DNA from: an uncultured Rubrobacteraceae bacterium | Lineage (GTDB): Bacteria > Actinomycetota > Rubrobacteria > Rubrobacterales > Rubrobacteraceae | Length of the DNA stretch: 64,000 nucleotides | Reading direction: 5' to 3' | Assembly (NCBI GenBank): GCA_963830075.1 | Contig: CAWHLD010000020.1 | Location: forward strand, 1 to 64,000 | In this document: one piece after another, positions 26,821-36,674 of the stretch | How the letters are laid out: each line of letters starts with the position of its first letter | Numbering within the stretch: the first letter of the stretch is position 1 | The notes under the pieces: generated by a model | Told to the model about the DNA's origin: nothing | Database searches by the model: none | Seen by the model: the letters and a program-made list of their open reading frames with translations, nothing else | Made by a program: the position numbers and the translations under genes

Positions 26821-27294
26821 ATGTTCATGATAGCTCAGGTGCAGGCGGCACAGATAACCCAGCCGACCGTGATAGCAATTCTCGCGGCATCTACGGTCGT
26901 AGTGGTCGCCATTATTGCGCTAATCGCCTATTTTGCGTCCAGAGTGCCTCCGAACCAGGAAGGCGGCCCGCTCCACTTCGGAAACTTCTTTGTCGTATCA
27001 CTGGGAATCGTAGCGGCCCTCATCGGATTCCTGGTCGCATTTCCGCTCGTCGTCAGCGGCGTGTTCGCGGACCCGACCCAAGTGATAGCGCTCCTTAGCG
27101 GCCTGTTCGGCACCATCGTCGGCCTGGTCGGTACCTACTTCGGCGTCAAATCCAGCGGCGACGCAAGCCAGAAGGCGCAAGAGCTGGCGCGGGCGATGTC
27201 CGGAACGCTTCCCGAGACCACCACAGATGGGACTGGCACCCCCGTAGCCAAGAAGCCTCTCGAGAAAGCGCCGCGGGGAAACGGTACGAAATAG
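26821..27294 (+). CDS. Small membrane protein, paralog of the N-terminal half of ORF 6981-7613
   Basis: LHFGNFFVVSLGIVAALIGFLVAF...LFGTIVGLVGTYFGVKSSGDAS vs LDYGNFFIVASGLASVLIGFLIIL...LFGAIAGLVGTYFGVKQSADA. Confidence 0.55.
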   Translation: MFMIAQVQAAQITQPTVIAILAASTVVVVAIIALIAYFASRVPPNQEGGPLHFGNFFVVSLGIVAALIGFLVAFPLVVSGVFADPTQVIALLSGLFGTIVGLVGTYFGVKSSGDASQKAQELARAMSGTLPETTTDGTGTPVAKKPLEKAPRGNGTK

Positions 27295-27309
27295 GACCTC
27301 GACTCCCGA

Positions 27310-27513
27310 CTACCCGAGGCCAGCCTCCCTTGCGCGGATAACGGCCAGTGCCCTATCCGCAACCTGTAGCTTGGTGAAGATGTCCGAAACGTGGTTCCTG
27401 ACCGTCTTGAGGCTGATGAAGAGCAACCCGGCGATCTCCTTGTCGCTCCGGCCCCGGGCGATTAGGGTCAGTATCTCCTCCTCGCGGGTCGTGAGTTCCA
27501 CGAAGGCTCGCAT
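27310..27513 (-). CDS. LuxR-type HTH domain protein (67 aa), possibly the C-terminus of a longer frameshifted membrane-anchored regulator
   Basis: EEEILTLIARGRSDKEIAGLLFISLKTVRNHVSDIFTKL is a canonical LuxR/GerE HTH. An overlapping upstream ORF (27353-27658) encodes a TM-like segment in another frame. Confidence 0.6.
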   Translation of the reverse strand: MRAFVELTTREEEILTLIARGRSDKEIAGLLFISLKTVRNHVSDIFTKLQVADRALAVIRAREAGLG

Positions 27514-28073
27514 CGGCGCGGTAGCAATAGAGCGTGCCCGTGGGGTCTGATGGGCCTGTTCCGGCGAACACGAAGGCCACGGCCCCCGACAACGCCCACA
27601 TCACCCCGGCGAAGACGCCCCCGAGGGCTCCCAACCGGATCACCCCTGACGAAAACATCTGTTCGTCTCCTTTCGCGGCTGTGCAGACTATGCGTGTACG
27701 ATCCGAGAGTTATCCTGCTCGGTTACTACGCGAATGCCAGGCCTGCAGTGTACGATGCGAGTCGTTTCCAAAGGTCTCCTTTCCACGTTGCTTCTGAAGG
27801 TACTCTATGGGGAGATCCGTTCCCGAGTCATCGGACGGATTCACGGGTTGGTCGGGAACTTTTTCCCGACCAACTTGTGATGAGCTACTCATGACGGCGG
27901 GACAATTCTTCCTCTAGTGTTCTTGTGTGCGCGAAGAGCGCGGGCCAGCGAGAAGGGAGCTCTAGCATGCTAGATCCATACGATGTCCACTCCCGGTGCA
28001 GGCTCTACCCTCAGGAGGCGAAGGGCCACATGGTGCTGTTGGGGTGCCGGTCAGCCAGGCTCGGAGGTGGGTG

Positions 28074-28400
28074 ATGCGGGTATTACTCAGCATTATCACA
28101 GCAGTTTTCTGGGTGGCGGCCACTATCTTCGTGGTCCTGGTGGCAATCTCCGGTTTCGACTTCGCCCTGTTGGAAGGGCGGCTGGGAAATAAAGGCCTGA
28201 GGATCTTGTATGGTACGTTGATAAGCGTGGTGCTCGTCAGTTCCGGCTCGATAACATGGTACGAGTTCAGATCCAACCCCCTAGAGGACTCCTCCGATTT
28301 TGGGGATTGGACCTGGAAAATGACCTTCTACGCTACCGTCTTCGGCATCACGTTGTTCTTGTCCTTCTTCTACATACCGAGTATGCTATTCGCCCTGTGA
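28074..28400 (+). CDS. Small polytopic membrane protein
   Basis: Three hydrophobic segments; RBS GGAGGTGG. Confidence 0.45.
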   Translation: MRVLLSIITAVFWVAATIFVVLVAISGFDFALLEGRLGNKGLRILYGTLISVVLVSSGSITWYEFRSNPLEDSSDFGDWTWKMTFYATVFGITLFLSFFYIPSMLFAL

Positions 28401-28603
28401 GCTCGCTGGTTCTCTGGTCGCCGGAGCTTGTAGAGGAGTGCGCCTTTTGAGCTTATGAAGGCTGGTGGCGACTAAGATATCCTACGAGGACGCATGGAGA
28501 CAAATCCAGGTGAATATTTGAGCTTCCGCGTGGGCGCTGCTTCAATCTCTACTCCTCGCTCGTTTGGCGTACCGCACGAGCGTTCCTGCATGAACGTGGC
28601 CGG

Positions 28604-29101
28604 ATGAGCCCGCTCGCCGCCGTCATCGCCGACACGCACATACCGCGTCGCGCGAAGGCTTTGCCGGAAGCTTTGAAACCTCACCTGGAGCGGGCAGACC
28701 TGATCCTGCACGCCGGTGACCTGATGGACCCAAAGCTGACCGACGAACTATCTTACTGCGCCCCGGTCAAGGTAGTTTGCGGGAACCTCGATCCTCCGGT
28801 GGCGAACCTGCCTGAGGCGCTCGAGTTCGAGTTCGGCGGCGTGAGGGTGGCCATGATCCATGACTCTGGCGCGAAGAGGGGACGCCGCAACAGGATGAGG
28901 CGGCGTTTCCCCGGGGCGCGGGTCGTCGTCTTCGGGCACTCGCACATCCCCTTGCTGGAGGACGAAGACGGACTCCTGCTGCTCAACCCCGGCAGCCCGA
29001 CCGACAGGAGGAGGCAACCGGAGCATACCTTCGCACTGCTCTGGGTGGAGGGGCGCGAAGTCACGGCCGAAATACTGGCCCTAGGGGTCGCTCGACGATA
29101 A
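28604..29101 (+). CDS. YfcE/MJ0936-family metallophosphoesterase
   Basis: AVIADTHIP, ILHAGDL, VVCGNLD, VVVFGHSHIP, LLLLNPGS. Confidence 0.75.
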   Translation: MSPLAAVIADTHIPRRAKALPEALKPHLERADLILHAGDLMDPKLTDELSYCAPVKVVCGNLDPPVANLPEALEFEFGGVRVAMIHDSGAKRGRRNRMRRRFPGARVVVFGHSHIPLLEDEDGLLLLNPGSPTDRRRQPEHTFALLWVEGREVTAEILALGVARR

Positions 29102-29174
29102 TGCTGCCCTCGGCCGGTGACCGTTTGCACGCTTCGCGTGTACGGGTGTTGACCTTTCACGTGACGTATCGTTC

Positions 29175-30764
29175 CTACGTCTTCGGGCGGTAGATCACCA
29201 TGTCGGCGACGCGGCCCGTTCTTTCGTAATGATCGCGTATCTCCCCGAGCATGCGTGGGGTCCACCTATCGCGCTTTATCTCCCTGGCGAAGGGGGGACT
29301 CCAGATCATGATCAGGGGAAACTTCTCTCCCTCGATGTCCTCGAGGATTGGTTCCTGGTTCCAGTCGCCGTCGCGGGCGAGCTGGGTCATCTCGAAGGGC
29401 TGGAAGTAGATCCTCTTTTCTTCCTCCGGCAATAGTCCCATGTAGTCATCCGTGAGTACGGGTCCATCCGCTTCAGCGACCATGCCGGACAGTTGCGCGA
29501 CCTCAGCCCGCTGGTCTATGACGTAGTTTTGAAGGCCCGCGGGGACCCGCGACGATTGGGTGAGCGCCAGTACCTGGACGGCGAGAAGCGCGACCAGGGC
29601 CGTCCGCAACCGAGGACGCCTACGCTGCCAGGCGATAAAAGCCCCGGTCGCGAGGCCGAGTGCCGCTGACAGCTCCAGCAGATAGTTTACGTCGGAACCG
29701 ACCTTGCCGACGAGCACCGCCGAGGGAATGCTGGCGACCAGGTACGGCGCGACGAGCCACCACGCGCGGTTGTCCTTGCGTGGCGTGAGCAGAAGGAAAG
29801 CGAGGGAGCCGAGCAGCAACAGGGGACAGGCCAGGAGGGCCCCGAGGGCGTTTAGACTGACCCGCTCCCAGCGGAAGTCGTTGAGGTTGGCGGTCACGGT
29901 GTTGAGGAAGAATCCGCCCTCGGTAAAGATATTCATCAACGCGAACAGGATCAAGCCCGCACCGCCCGCGATAGCGGCCGTCTGGAGGGCCCTGCGGCGC
30001 TGGCCCTGGGCCACGAGCCACACGAAGGCCGCGAGCGGCGCCGCCAGGATGTAGGTCTGGCGGGTATAGACGGCCGCGACGAGCAGCAGGGCCGAGGCGA
30101 AGACGCTCCAGCGTCTCTCGGGCCAGCGCGCGACGACGAACAGTCCGGCCCAGGAGAGCGCAAGCCCGAGTGAGTCGACCCTGGAGAGCGACGACCATCG
30201 CATCACGTAAGGAATGGCAGGGAAGATCAGACCCCCGGCCACGGCCGCGATGCGGTCCCTGGTGAGCGTGTGCAGGGTCAGCCCGACGAAGAGCGCCACG
30301 GCCGCGACGCTGAGGAGCGAGATGAGACGCCCGTACCAGAGCGCCGGCCCGAACAGCCACACGAAAGGCACCTGTGCGAGCATGAAGAGCGGGGGATAGT
30401 TGGTGATCACGTACGGCGGCGAGCCGAGATCTATTCTGTATATGCTCTGAAACTGCGCGAGCCTCACGGACTGGTCGAGCAGCGGACCCTCACCGTAGTT
30501 GAGCGGGTACGGAAAGGCGAGCGCTTCCCACCCATGCCGCAAGAAGAGCAGCGTCGCAATCCCCTGCGCCAGGAGCAAGAAGGTGGTTACGACCCCGAGC
30601 ATGACGCGGCGCCTACGCCCATCTTTCTGTGTCGCTTTCTCGAGGCCGGTACTCGTCGCCAGGTCCTTCCGTCTCCCTTGACTCAGGCTATGTATCCTAC
30701 CGCTTTTGGTGCCGGCGACGTACGATGGGCACCCGGCATTCTCCAGCGTGGCGTTCCGACGCAT
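29175..30764 (-). CDS. Polytopic membrane protein, probable GT-C-fold glycosyltransferase (PMT_2/ArnT-like), with a C-terminal extracytoplasmic domain
   Basis: At least 10 hydrophobic helices then a roughly 130-aa soluble C-terminus; family assignment is by architecture only. Confidence 0.35.
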   Translation of the reverse strand: MRRNATLENAGCPSYVAGTKSGRIHSLSQGRRKDLATSTGLEKATQKDGRRRRVMLGVVTTFLLLAQGIATLLFLRHGWEALAFPYPLNYGEGPLLDQSVRLAQFQSIYRIDLGSPPYVITNYPPLFMLAQVPFVWLFGPALWYGRLISLLSVAAVALFVGLTLHTLTRDRIAAVAGGLIFPAIPYVMRWSSLSRVDSLGLALSWAGLFVVARWPERRWSVFASALLLVAAVYTRQTYILAAPLAAFVWLVAQGQRRRALQTAAIAGGAGLILFALMNIFTEGGFFLNTVTANLNDFRWERVSLNALGALLACPLLLLGSLAFLLLTPRKDNRAWWLVAPYLVASIPSAVLVGKVGSDVNYLLELSAALGLATGAFIAWQRRRPRLRTALVALLAVQVLALTQSSRVPAGLQNYVIDQRAEVAQLSGMVAEADGPVLTDDYMGLLPEEEKRIYFQPFEMTQLARDGDWNQEPILEDIEGEKFPLIMIWSPPFAREIKRDRWTPRMLGEIRDHYERTGRVADMVIYRPKT

Positions 30765-30801
30765 CCCGCTCAGGGTTGTGCGGTAGGCCGCACCGTGTAG
30801 T

Positions 30802-32435
30802 ATGAAGTTCGGTGTCGCGCTGGAGAATGGGAGGAAAAGGTTTGGACAGTCTCGGGGAGAGGGCGCGGGATCTTACGGAGGGAATGGCTGGGGAAGACTC
30901 CGAGCAGTTCAGGATCGATGCCAGGGACTTTTTTCGGCGCGGGAGCGTGGCGGGACCACAGGGACGCGCATAGACCAGCAGACGGCCGCCCTCTCCGACG
31001 CGGCCGAGATCGTCAACCGCAGCTTCCCCACGCTCGAACCATCGGGGAGGTTCATCAACGCGATCTCGCCCGTCGTTATTCCGAACCGCCAGTCGCTGTT
31101 CTGGCGCCTGATGCCGATAGGGATGATGTTGGTATTCCTCGTCGTCGGCGTGTTGGTGACGCTGGGCATAGTCGGCTTCGCCGGCGGCGGGTTGGTGCTG
31201 GCGCTCTTCGGGCCTCACCTCTGGTTGCTTCTGGTCCTGCTTGCCTTCTTCTCCTGGTGGCGCCAGAGCGTCGTGATGGTCCCCGACGGCTGCAGGGCCG
31301 TCGTCACCCGGTTCGGGAAGCTGGAAGAGGTCGTCGAGGCCGGACGGAAGCTGCTCTTCAACCCCTGGAAGCAGGTCAGCTACATCGTCAACACCACGAG
31401 AGAGTATCCTTACAACGCCCCCATAAGGCAGGCCCCGACGGCGAGCCGGGTGAACGCGAGCGTAGACCTGTTCTTGCAGTTCAGGATCGAGGACCCTGCT
31501 TAGTTCATCTTCACGGTGGGCGGGGTCAAGGGTTTCTCGGACAAGCTGGAGAACGCCATTAGCGAGGTAACGCGAGCCCTTATCTACGAGCAGCGCGCGG
31601 AAGACATCTACGATCTCGTCGGAGAGAGCACCCAGAAATTCCTCGACTCCTTGAACGAGCAGTTCCTGCCAGCCGTGCGCTTTACGAACGCGAACATAAC
31701 GCACGCTGAGCCGTCGAGATGGTCAGGGTGGTGAAGGAGGCTTACACCTACGAATACGAGCTCAGGCTCCGCAAAGAGCAGTACGAGGGCGAGCTCAGGG
31801 GTGAGCTGGCTTCGCTCAGGGAGACGCGCTCGGCGATTAGCGCCGAGATAGCGACCTTCCAGGCCCAGATCGACACCGCCCGCGAACGCGAGACGAACCG
31901 CGCCAACGCCAGCGCCCGCGAGCGGATGGTCGAGGCCGAGAGCGAGGCGAACGCGAACGCCGCGCTTCTGGAGGCCCAGGCGCTGGACATCAGGGCCGTC
32001 AGCAGCGCGGCCGCGCCGGAGGTCCTGGAGTACCGTTTCCAGCAGGACGTCCTCGACCGGCTCGCCGCGGTCGCCGACAACCTGCCGCAGGTGGTCCAGA
32101 TCGGGGCCACTGGCGGCGACGACGCGGTTGACTTCTTGCAGATCTCGCGTCGGATGATCGGGACCGGGGGCGAGCCCCTGTTTACGCCCGAGGACATGCA
32201 GGCTATACGGGACAGGATGGAAGAGATACAGGCGCGCATCCGCGAGCGTGCCAGCGAGCTCGAAAACCTCCCCGATGGACACGTGACACACCCCGAAGAG
32301 CCGCAGCAAATCGAAGACGAGAACGCCGACAGGATCGAGGAGATCCGGCAATCCGTAACGGATGAGGCCGTGCGCGAGCGCGTCGAGGGGATCGGCCACG
32401 AGCGAGACCCTCAGGCCGAAGGAGATGACCGATGA
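30802..32435 (+). pseudogene. SPFH/band-7 (stomatin-prohibitin-HflK/C-like) protein with a long coiled-coil C-terminus. It is interrupted by an in-frame TAG (31501-31503) and a frame change near 31700-31735.
   Basis: TM region plus VVTRFGKLEEVVEAGRKLLFNPWKQV...FLQFRIEDPA*FIFTVGGVKGFSD... aligns with the paralog ..FFLKFRIVDPLAFVRVIGASNFDL... Continuation ..EAYTYEYELRLRKEQ (different frame) aligns with the paralog ..ELAAYEREWELTRKQ. Confidence 0.55.
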
Positions 32436-33391
32436 CCGACACGATAGAGTCGCAGCTTCAGGCGCAATCCGGCGCCAGGATGCAGGAGTTCTCCAAGATC
32501 AAAGAAGTCGTCTCGGGTTGGTCTGGGGTCAGGCAGTACCTGAGGGGCGGGGACGAGGGCCAGATCGTGCCCGTCGTTATACCGAAGGATCGCAGGCGTT
32601 ACGGCTGGCTGTTCCTGCTCGGTATATCTGTCTACATGCTCGGCTTCGCACTCTTCTCAGGGAGCGCATTTCTCACCGTCGTGGCGGGCCTGGTCGCGAT
32701 CTTGGTCCTCGTCCTCGCTCTGCTGTGGCGGGGCGCCATCGTCGAGATAGAACAGGGGACGACGGGGGTGCGCTCGCGCTACGGGAGGATCGAAGGTATC
32801 CTCTCGCCGGGTCGTCACTACCTCTGGCGGCCGTGGGACAGGGTCGAGTTCGTGGTGGACACGGCGACGGAGATTCCCTATCTCGCGCCCGTAGCCGACT
32901 GCCCGACGCGGGAGAACGTGCCGCTGAAAGCGATAGAGTTCTTCTTGAAGTTTAGAATAGTCGACCCGCTGGCCTTCGTGCGCGTCATCGGGGCCTCGAA
33001 CTTCGACCTGGTTCTCTCCAGCGCGGTGCAGGATGCGATCCGTCAGCGCAGCCGTCAGGTGAGCACGGAGAAGGCCTACGACCTGCGCGGCAGCGACGTC
33101 GGGGACATGCAAGTGTACCTGAACCGCCAGCTTGCGCATTATGGTGTCCGTATCCTCGGCGCGAACATCCCCGACGTGCAGCTCCCCGACCAGTACCAGC
33201 AGCACCTCGCCACCCGCGAGCGCGTGGCCAAGGAGCTCGCCGCCTACGAGCGCGAGTGGGAGCTGACCCGCAAGCAGCGCATCGACACGCTGCTGATGGA
33301 GATCGAACGTTCCAAGAAAGACCGCGCCGCCCGCCTGATAGAGGTAAAGGAAGCCCTCAACCGCGCCCGCCAGGATGTCGCGCATGCTTGA
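32432..33391 (+). CDS. SPFH/band-7 family membrane protein (paralog 2)
   Basis: N-terminal TM region; SPFH core GAIVEIEQGTTGVRSRYGRIEGILSPGRHYLWRPWDRVEFV...FRIVDP...; 319 aa. Confidence 0.7.
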   Translation: MTDTIESQLQAQSGARMQEFSKIKEVVSGWSGVRQYLRGGDEGQIVPVVIPKDRRRYGWLFLLGISVYMLGFALFSGSAFLTVVAGLVAILVLVLALLWRGAIVEIEQGTTGVRSRYGRIEGILSPGRHYLWRPWDRVEFVVDTATEIPYLAPVADCPTRENVPLKAIEFFLKFRIVDPLAFVRVIGASNFDLVLSSAVQDAIRQRSRQVSTEKAYDLRGSDVGDMQVYLNRQLAHYGVRILGANIPDVQLPDQYQQHLATRERVAKELAAYEREWELTRKQRIDTLLMEIERSKKDRAARLIEVKEALNRARQDVAHA

Positions 33392-33737
33392 GGAGCAGGA
33401 GACCGAGGCCCAGCGCGTGCGCCTGGAGATAGAGACGCGCGGCCGCGCCGCCCTCACCGAGGCGGAGAACGAGGCCACGGCCCTCCATCACCTCGGCCAG
33501 GCCCACAGGGACAACCGCGCCGTGGTCCGCTACGAGCTCGCCCGCCGCAGGGTCGAGGTCGGCGAGAAGCTCATGCAGCGCGCCCCGCGTCCCGTCCTGA
33601 TCCGCGGCGACGGCGGCGAGCAGTCGGCGCTCTCAACCCTGATCCTCGCGCAGCTCCTCCCGCAACTGACCCAGAACGGCTCGAAAGTGCAGAACGCCCG
33701 TGAGGTCCTACGCGACCTCGACGGCGGCGAAGGATAG
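33375..33737 (+). CDS. Coiled-coil protein homologous to the C-terminal part of the SPFH1 ORF; overlaps SPFH2 by 17 nt in another frame
   Basis: VVRYELARRRVEVGEKLMQRAPRPVLIRGDGGE vs SPFH1-region VLEYRFQQDVLDRLAAVADNLPQVVQIGATGGD. Confidence 0.45.
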   Translation: MSRMLEEQETEAQRVRLEIETRGRAALTEAENEATALHHLGQAHRDNRAVVRYELARRRVEVGEKLMQRAPRPVLIRGDGGEQSALSTLILAQLLPQLTQNGSKVQNAREVLRDLDGGEG

Positions 33738-33771
33738 TCTTCCGGCAGGGGCGACGAGCAACGGCAGGCGG

Positions 33772-35328
33772 CTACCCCTTCTTGGCCCCGTTCACCCCGT
33801 ATTCGAGGCCATCTACCAGGGCCTGCCAGGAAGCTTCTATGATGTTCTCGGAGACGCCAACGGCGCCCCACATCCGCTTGCCGTCTGTCGAGTCAATAAG
33901 TACGCGGGTCGTTGCGGCGGTGGCCCGATGCTCGTCGAGGATGCGTACCTTGTAGTTGGAGAGGTGAATCTCGGTAAGCTCGGGGTAGTGCGGCCCGATG
34001 GCTTTTCTGAGCGCCTGATCCAGGGCATTTACCGGGCCGTTGCCCTCGGCGGTGGAGATAACCCGCTTTCCGTCCACAAAGAGCTTTATCGTGGCCTCCG
34101 TGGTCGTCTCCCCTCCGGCACGCTTCTCGGAGATGATCCTGAACGTCTCTAGCTCGAAGAGCGGCCTGTCCTCACCCGTGGTCCTTCCGATGAGCAGCGC
34201 GAGCGACGCGTCCGCGGCCTCGTAATGATACCCCTCGTACTCGCGCTGCTTTATGGCCCCGAGGACCTCAGTTGCATCCCCCGCCTCGAGCCCAAGCTCC
34301 TCGGCCTTGGCCCTGATGGAGTTCTTGCCCGAGAGCTCTCCGACAGGCGTCCGGCGCACGTTCCCCACTGCCTCGGGCGCGACGTGTTCGTAGGTCGCCG
34401 GGTCTTTGGAGATGCCGTCCACGTGCAGACCGCCCTTGTGGGCGAAGGCGCTCCTGCCGACGTAGGGACGGTGCGTGTCCGGCGTCAGGTTCATGAGCTC
34501 GGAGACGTAGTTGGAGACCTCCGTCAGCCGCCATAGCTCCCCGTCTTCCATTACCTTGAGACCCATCTTGAGCTGCAAGTTGGCGATGGTCGTGACGAGG
34601 TCGCAGTTTCCGCACCGTTCCCCGACACCGTTGATCGTCCCCTGTACTTGCGTGGCCCCCGCCTCTATCGCCGCCAGCGCGTTCGCCACGCCGCACCCCG
34701 AATCGTTGTGCGTGTGGATGCCGATTTCTACGTCGGGGAACTCGCGCACTGTTCGGGCGACTATGGCTTTCAATTCGGTTGGGAGCGTGCCACCGTTGGT
34801 GTCGCAGACGACCAGCGTCGTCGCCCCCGCCTCGGCCGCGGCGCGTAGCACCGCAAGCGAGTACGCTGGGTCGTCCCGAAAACCGTCAAAGTAGTGCTCG
34901 GCGTCGAAGATGACCTCTTTGCCCGCGTCAGACAGGTAAGTGACGGTGTCGCGCACGGACTCGAGGTTCTCCTCAGGCGTGGTTCTCAAGACCTTCTCGA
35001 CGTGCAACTTCCAGCTCTTGGCAACGATGCAGGCAACAGGCGCGGAGAGGGAGGGGAGGAGCGTGACCGCGGGGTCGTGCTCCGCCCGGCCGCCCGGACG
35101 CCGCGCCCGCGTGAAGGCGACCAGCTTCGCGCGAGAGAGCGAAGAGGGGTCGAAGCCTTCGAAGAACTCTAGGTCTTTGGGGTTGGAGGCCGGGAAGCCA
35201 GCTTCGATGTAATGGATTCCCAAGGCGTCTAGCTCGCGGGCTATGCGGGTCTTGTCCTCGGCTGTCAGGCTCACGCCCTCGCGCTGGGTTCCATCGCGTA
35301 GCGTCGTATCGAAGAGCGTTATGCTCAT
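33772..35328 (-). CDS. cimA: (R)-citramalate synthase / LeuA-family type 2 (2-isopropylmalate synthase homolog)
   Basis: [22 protein letters not shown] (the RDGTQ variant typical of the CimA/LeuA2 clade), HTHNDSGCGVANALAAIEAGA, C-terminal LeuA dimerisation/regulatory domain. Confidence 0.65.
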   Translation of the reverse strand: MSITLFDTTLRDGTQREGVSLTAEDKTRIARELDALGIHYIEAGFPASNPKDLEFFEGFDPSSLSRAKLVAFTRARRPGGRAEHDPAVTLLPSLSAPVACIVAKSWKLHVEKVLRTTPEENLESVRDTVTYLSDAGKEVIFDAEHYFDGFRDDPAYSLAVLRAAAEAGATTLVVCDTNGGTLPTELKAIVARTVREFPDVEIGIHTHNDSGCGVANALAAIEAGATQVQGTINGVGERCGNCDLVTTIANLQLKMGLKVMEDGELWRLTEVSNYVSELMNLTPDTHRPYVGRSAFAHKGGLHVDGISKDPATYEHVAPEAVGNVRRTPVGELSGKNSIRAKAEELGLEAGDATEVLGAIKQREYEGYHYEAADASLALLIGRTTGEDRPLFELETFRIISEKRAGGETTTEATIKLFVDGKRVISTAEGNGPVNALDQALRKAIGPHYPELTEIHLSNYKVRILDEHRATAATTRVLIDSTDGKRMWGAVGVSENIIEASWQALVDGLEYGVNGAKKG

Positions 35329-36398
35329 ATCACACCCTCTCCCGCCGCGACCCATTTGCTGACGGCGTTCTTTACTTCCTCGGTCGTCTTCGTTCCACCG
35401 AGGTCGGGGGTAAGGAAGTGGGCCTCCAGGGCGACGGAGACGCCCTGCTCGATGGCCTCGGCCACGTCGGGGCGGCCAAGGGAGTGGCGGAACATCATCG
35501 CCGCCGAGAGGATGGTCGCGTAGGGGTTGGCCTTGCCTTCCCCTGCGATGTCGGGGGCCGAGCCGTGTACGGGCTCGAAGATGCCAGGGGAGCCCGGCTT
35601 GCCAAGAGACGCGCTCGGAAGCATCCCCATCGAGCCCGGGAGCATCGCCGCCTCGTCTGAGAGGATGTCGCCGAAGAGGTTCTCGGTCAGCAGCACGTCG
35701 AACCTTCTCGGGGACTGGACGAGGTACATGGCCGCGGCGTCGACCAGGATGTGGTCGATCTCCACCTCAGGGTAATCCTGGGCCACCTCCGTAACTACCT
35801 TGCGCCAAAGCCGGCTCGTCGCCATGACGTTGGCCTTGTCCACGCTCGTCACCCGGCGCTTGCGTCGTTTCGCGGCGTCGAAAGCGACCCGGGCGACCCG
35901 CTCTATCTCCCCCCGCGTGTATACGCTGAGATCGCTGGCCCTATCCTCGCCTTCCTCCTTCTCCCCGAAGTAGGCCCCGCCCGTTAGCTCGCGCACGATC
36001 AAAACGTCAACCCCCTCGACGACCTCGCGCTTGAGGGGCGAGGAACCGAGCAGCGCCGGCAACGCCTCGACAGGCCTCAGGTTTGCGAAAGCCCCGAGAT
36101 GTTTTCTTAGCCTCAGTAGCCCAGCTTCCGGGCGCACGGGGGCGTCGTCGAAGTCGGGGTGGCCGACTGCGCCGAGCAGGACCGAGTCCGACGCACTGGC
36201 GGCGTCCAGGGTCTCCGCGGAGATGGGCTCGCCCTCTTCGCGGATGGCCGTGCCCCCGATCCTGCGTTCCGTGTAGCGCATTTCGATGCCGAAGTGGTCA
36301 GCCGCCGCGTCGATGATCTCGCGCGCGGCCCCGACCACCTCGGGACCGATGCCGTCGCCGGGGAGAAGTAGTATGTCGAAAGAGTCTCGGGCGCTCAT
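35325..36398 (-). CDS. leuB: 3-isopropylmalate dehydrogenase
   Basis: ILLLPGDGIGPEVV..., LGSSPLKRE, NLFGDILSDEAAML, SAPDIAG. Confidence 0.9.
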   Translation of the reverse strand: MSARDSFDILLLPGDGIGPEVVGAAREIIDAAADHFGIEMRYTERRIGGTAIREEGEPISAETLDAASASDSVLLGAVGHPDFDDAPVRPEAGLLRLRKHLGAFANLRPVEALPALLGSSPLKREVVEGVDVLIVRELTGGAYFGEKEEGEDRASDLSVYTRGEIERVARVAFDAAKRRKRRVTSVDKANVMATSRLWRKVVTEVAQDYPEVEIDHILVDAAAMYLVQSPRRFDVLLTENLFGDILSDEAAMLPGSMGMLPSASLGKPGSPGIFEPVHGSAPDIAGEGKANPYATILSAAMMFRHSLGRPDVAEAIEQGVSVALEAHFLTPDLGGTKTTEEVKNAVSKWVAAGEGVI

Positions 36399-36670
36399 CG
36401 TGGCCCGACGACCCTGAAAGCCCTCGCCGGAAAAGCCCCGAAGTTCCTGACCTTGACGGGCACCGCGAAGAAGCGGGCACCCTGGTCAGGGTGTCCTTCG
36501 AGGCCGCGCATGTGCTCTACGATGGGTATCTCCTCTCCAAGCAGTACCGTGTGTACCGGCCTGCGTCCGTCGTCCGTGTCGTCGATGTCGAGGCGAAAAT
36601 CCCGGCCATGTAGCCCGCCCCCGTTCGAGAAGTCGACCTCGAAGTCAAACTTTACCCGTCGGTCCTCCAT
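36395..36670 (-). CDS. Small hypothetical protein, translationally coupled to leuB
   Basis: 91-aa ORF overlapping leuB start by 4 nt. Confidence 0.35.
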   Translation of the reverse strand: MEDRRVKFDFEVDFSNGGGLHGRDFRLDIDDTDDGRRPVHTVLLGEEIPIVEHMRGLEGHPDQGARFFAVPVKVRNFGAFPARAFRVVGPR

Positions 36671-36674
36671 ACGG

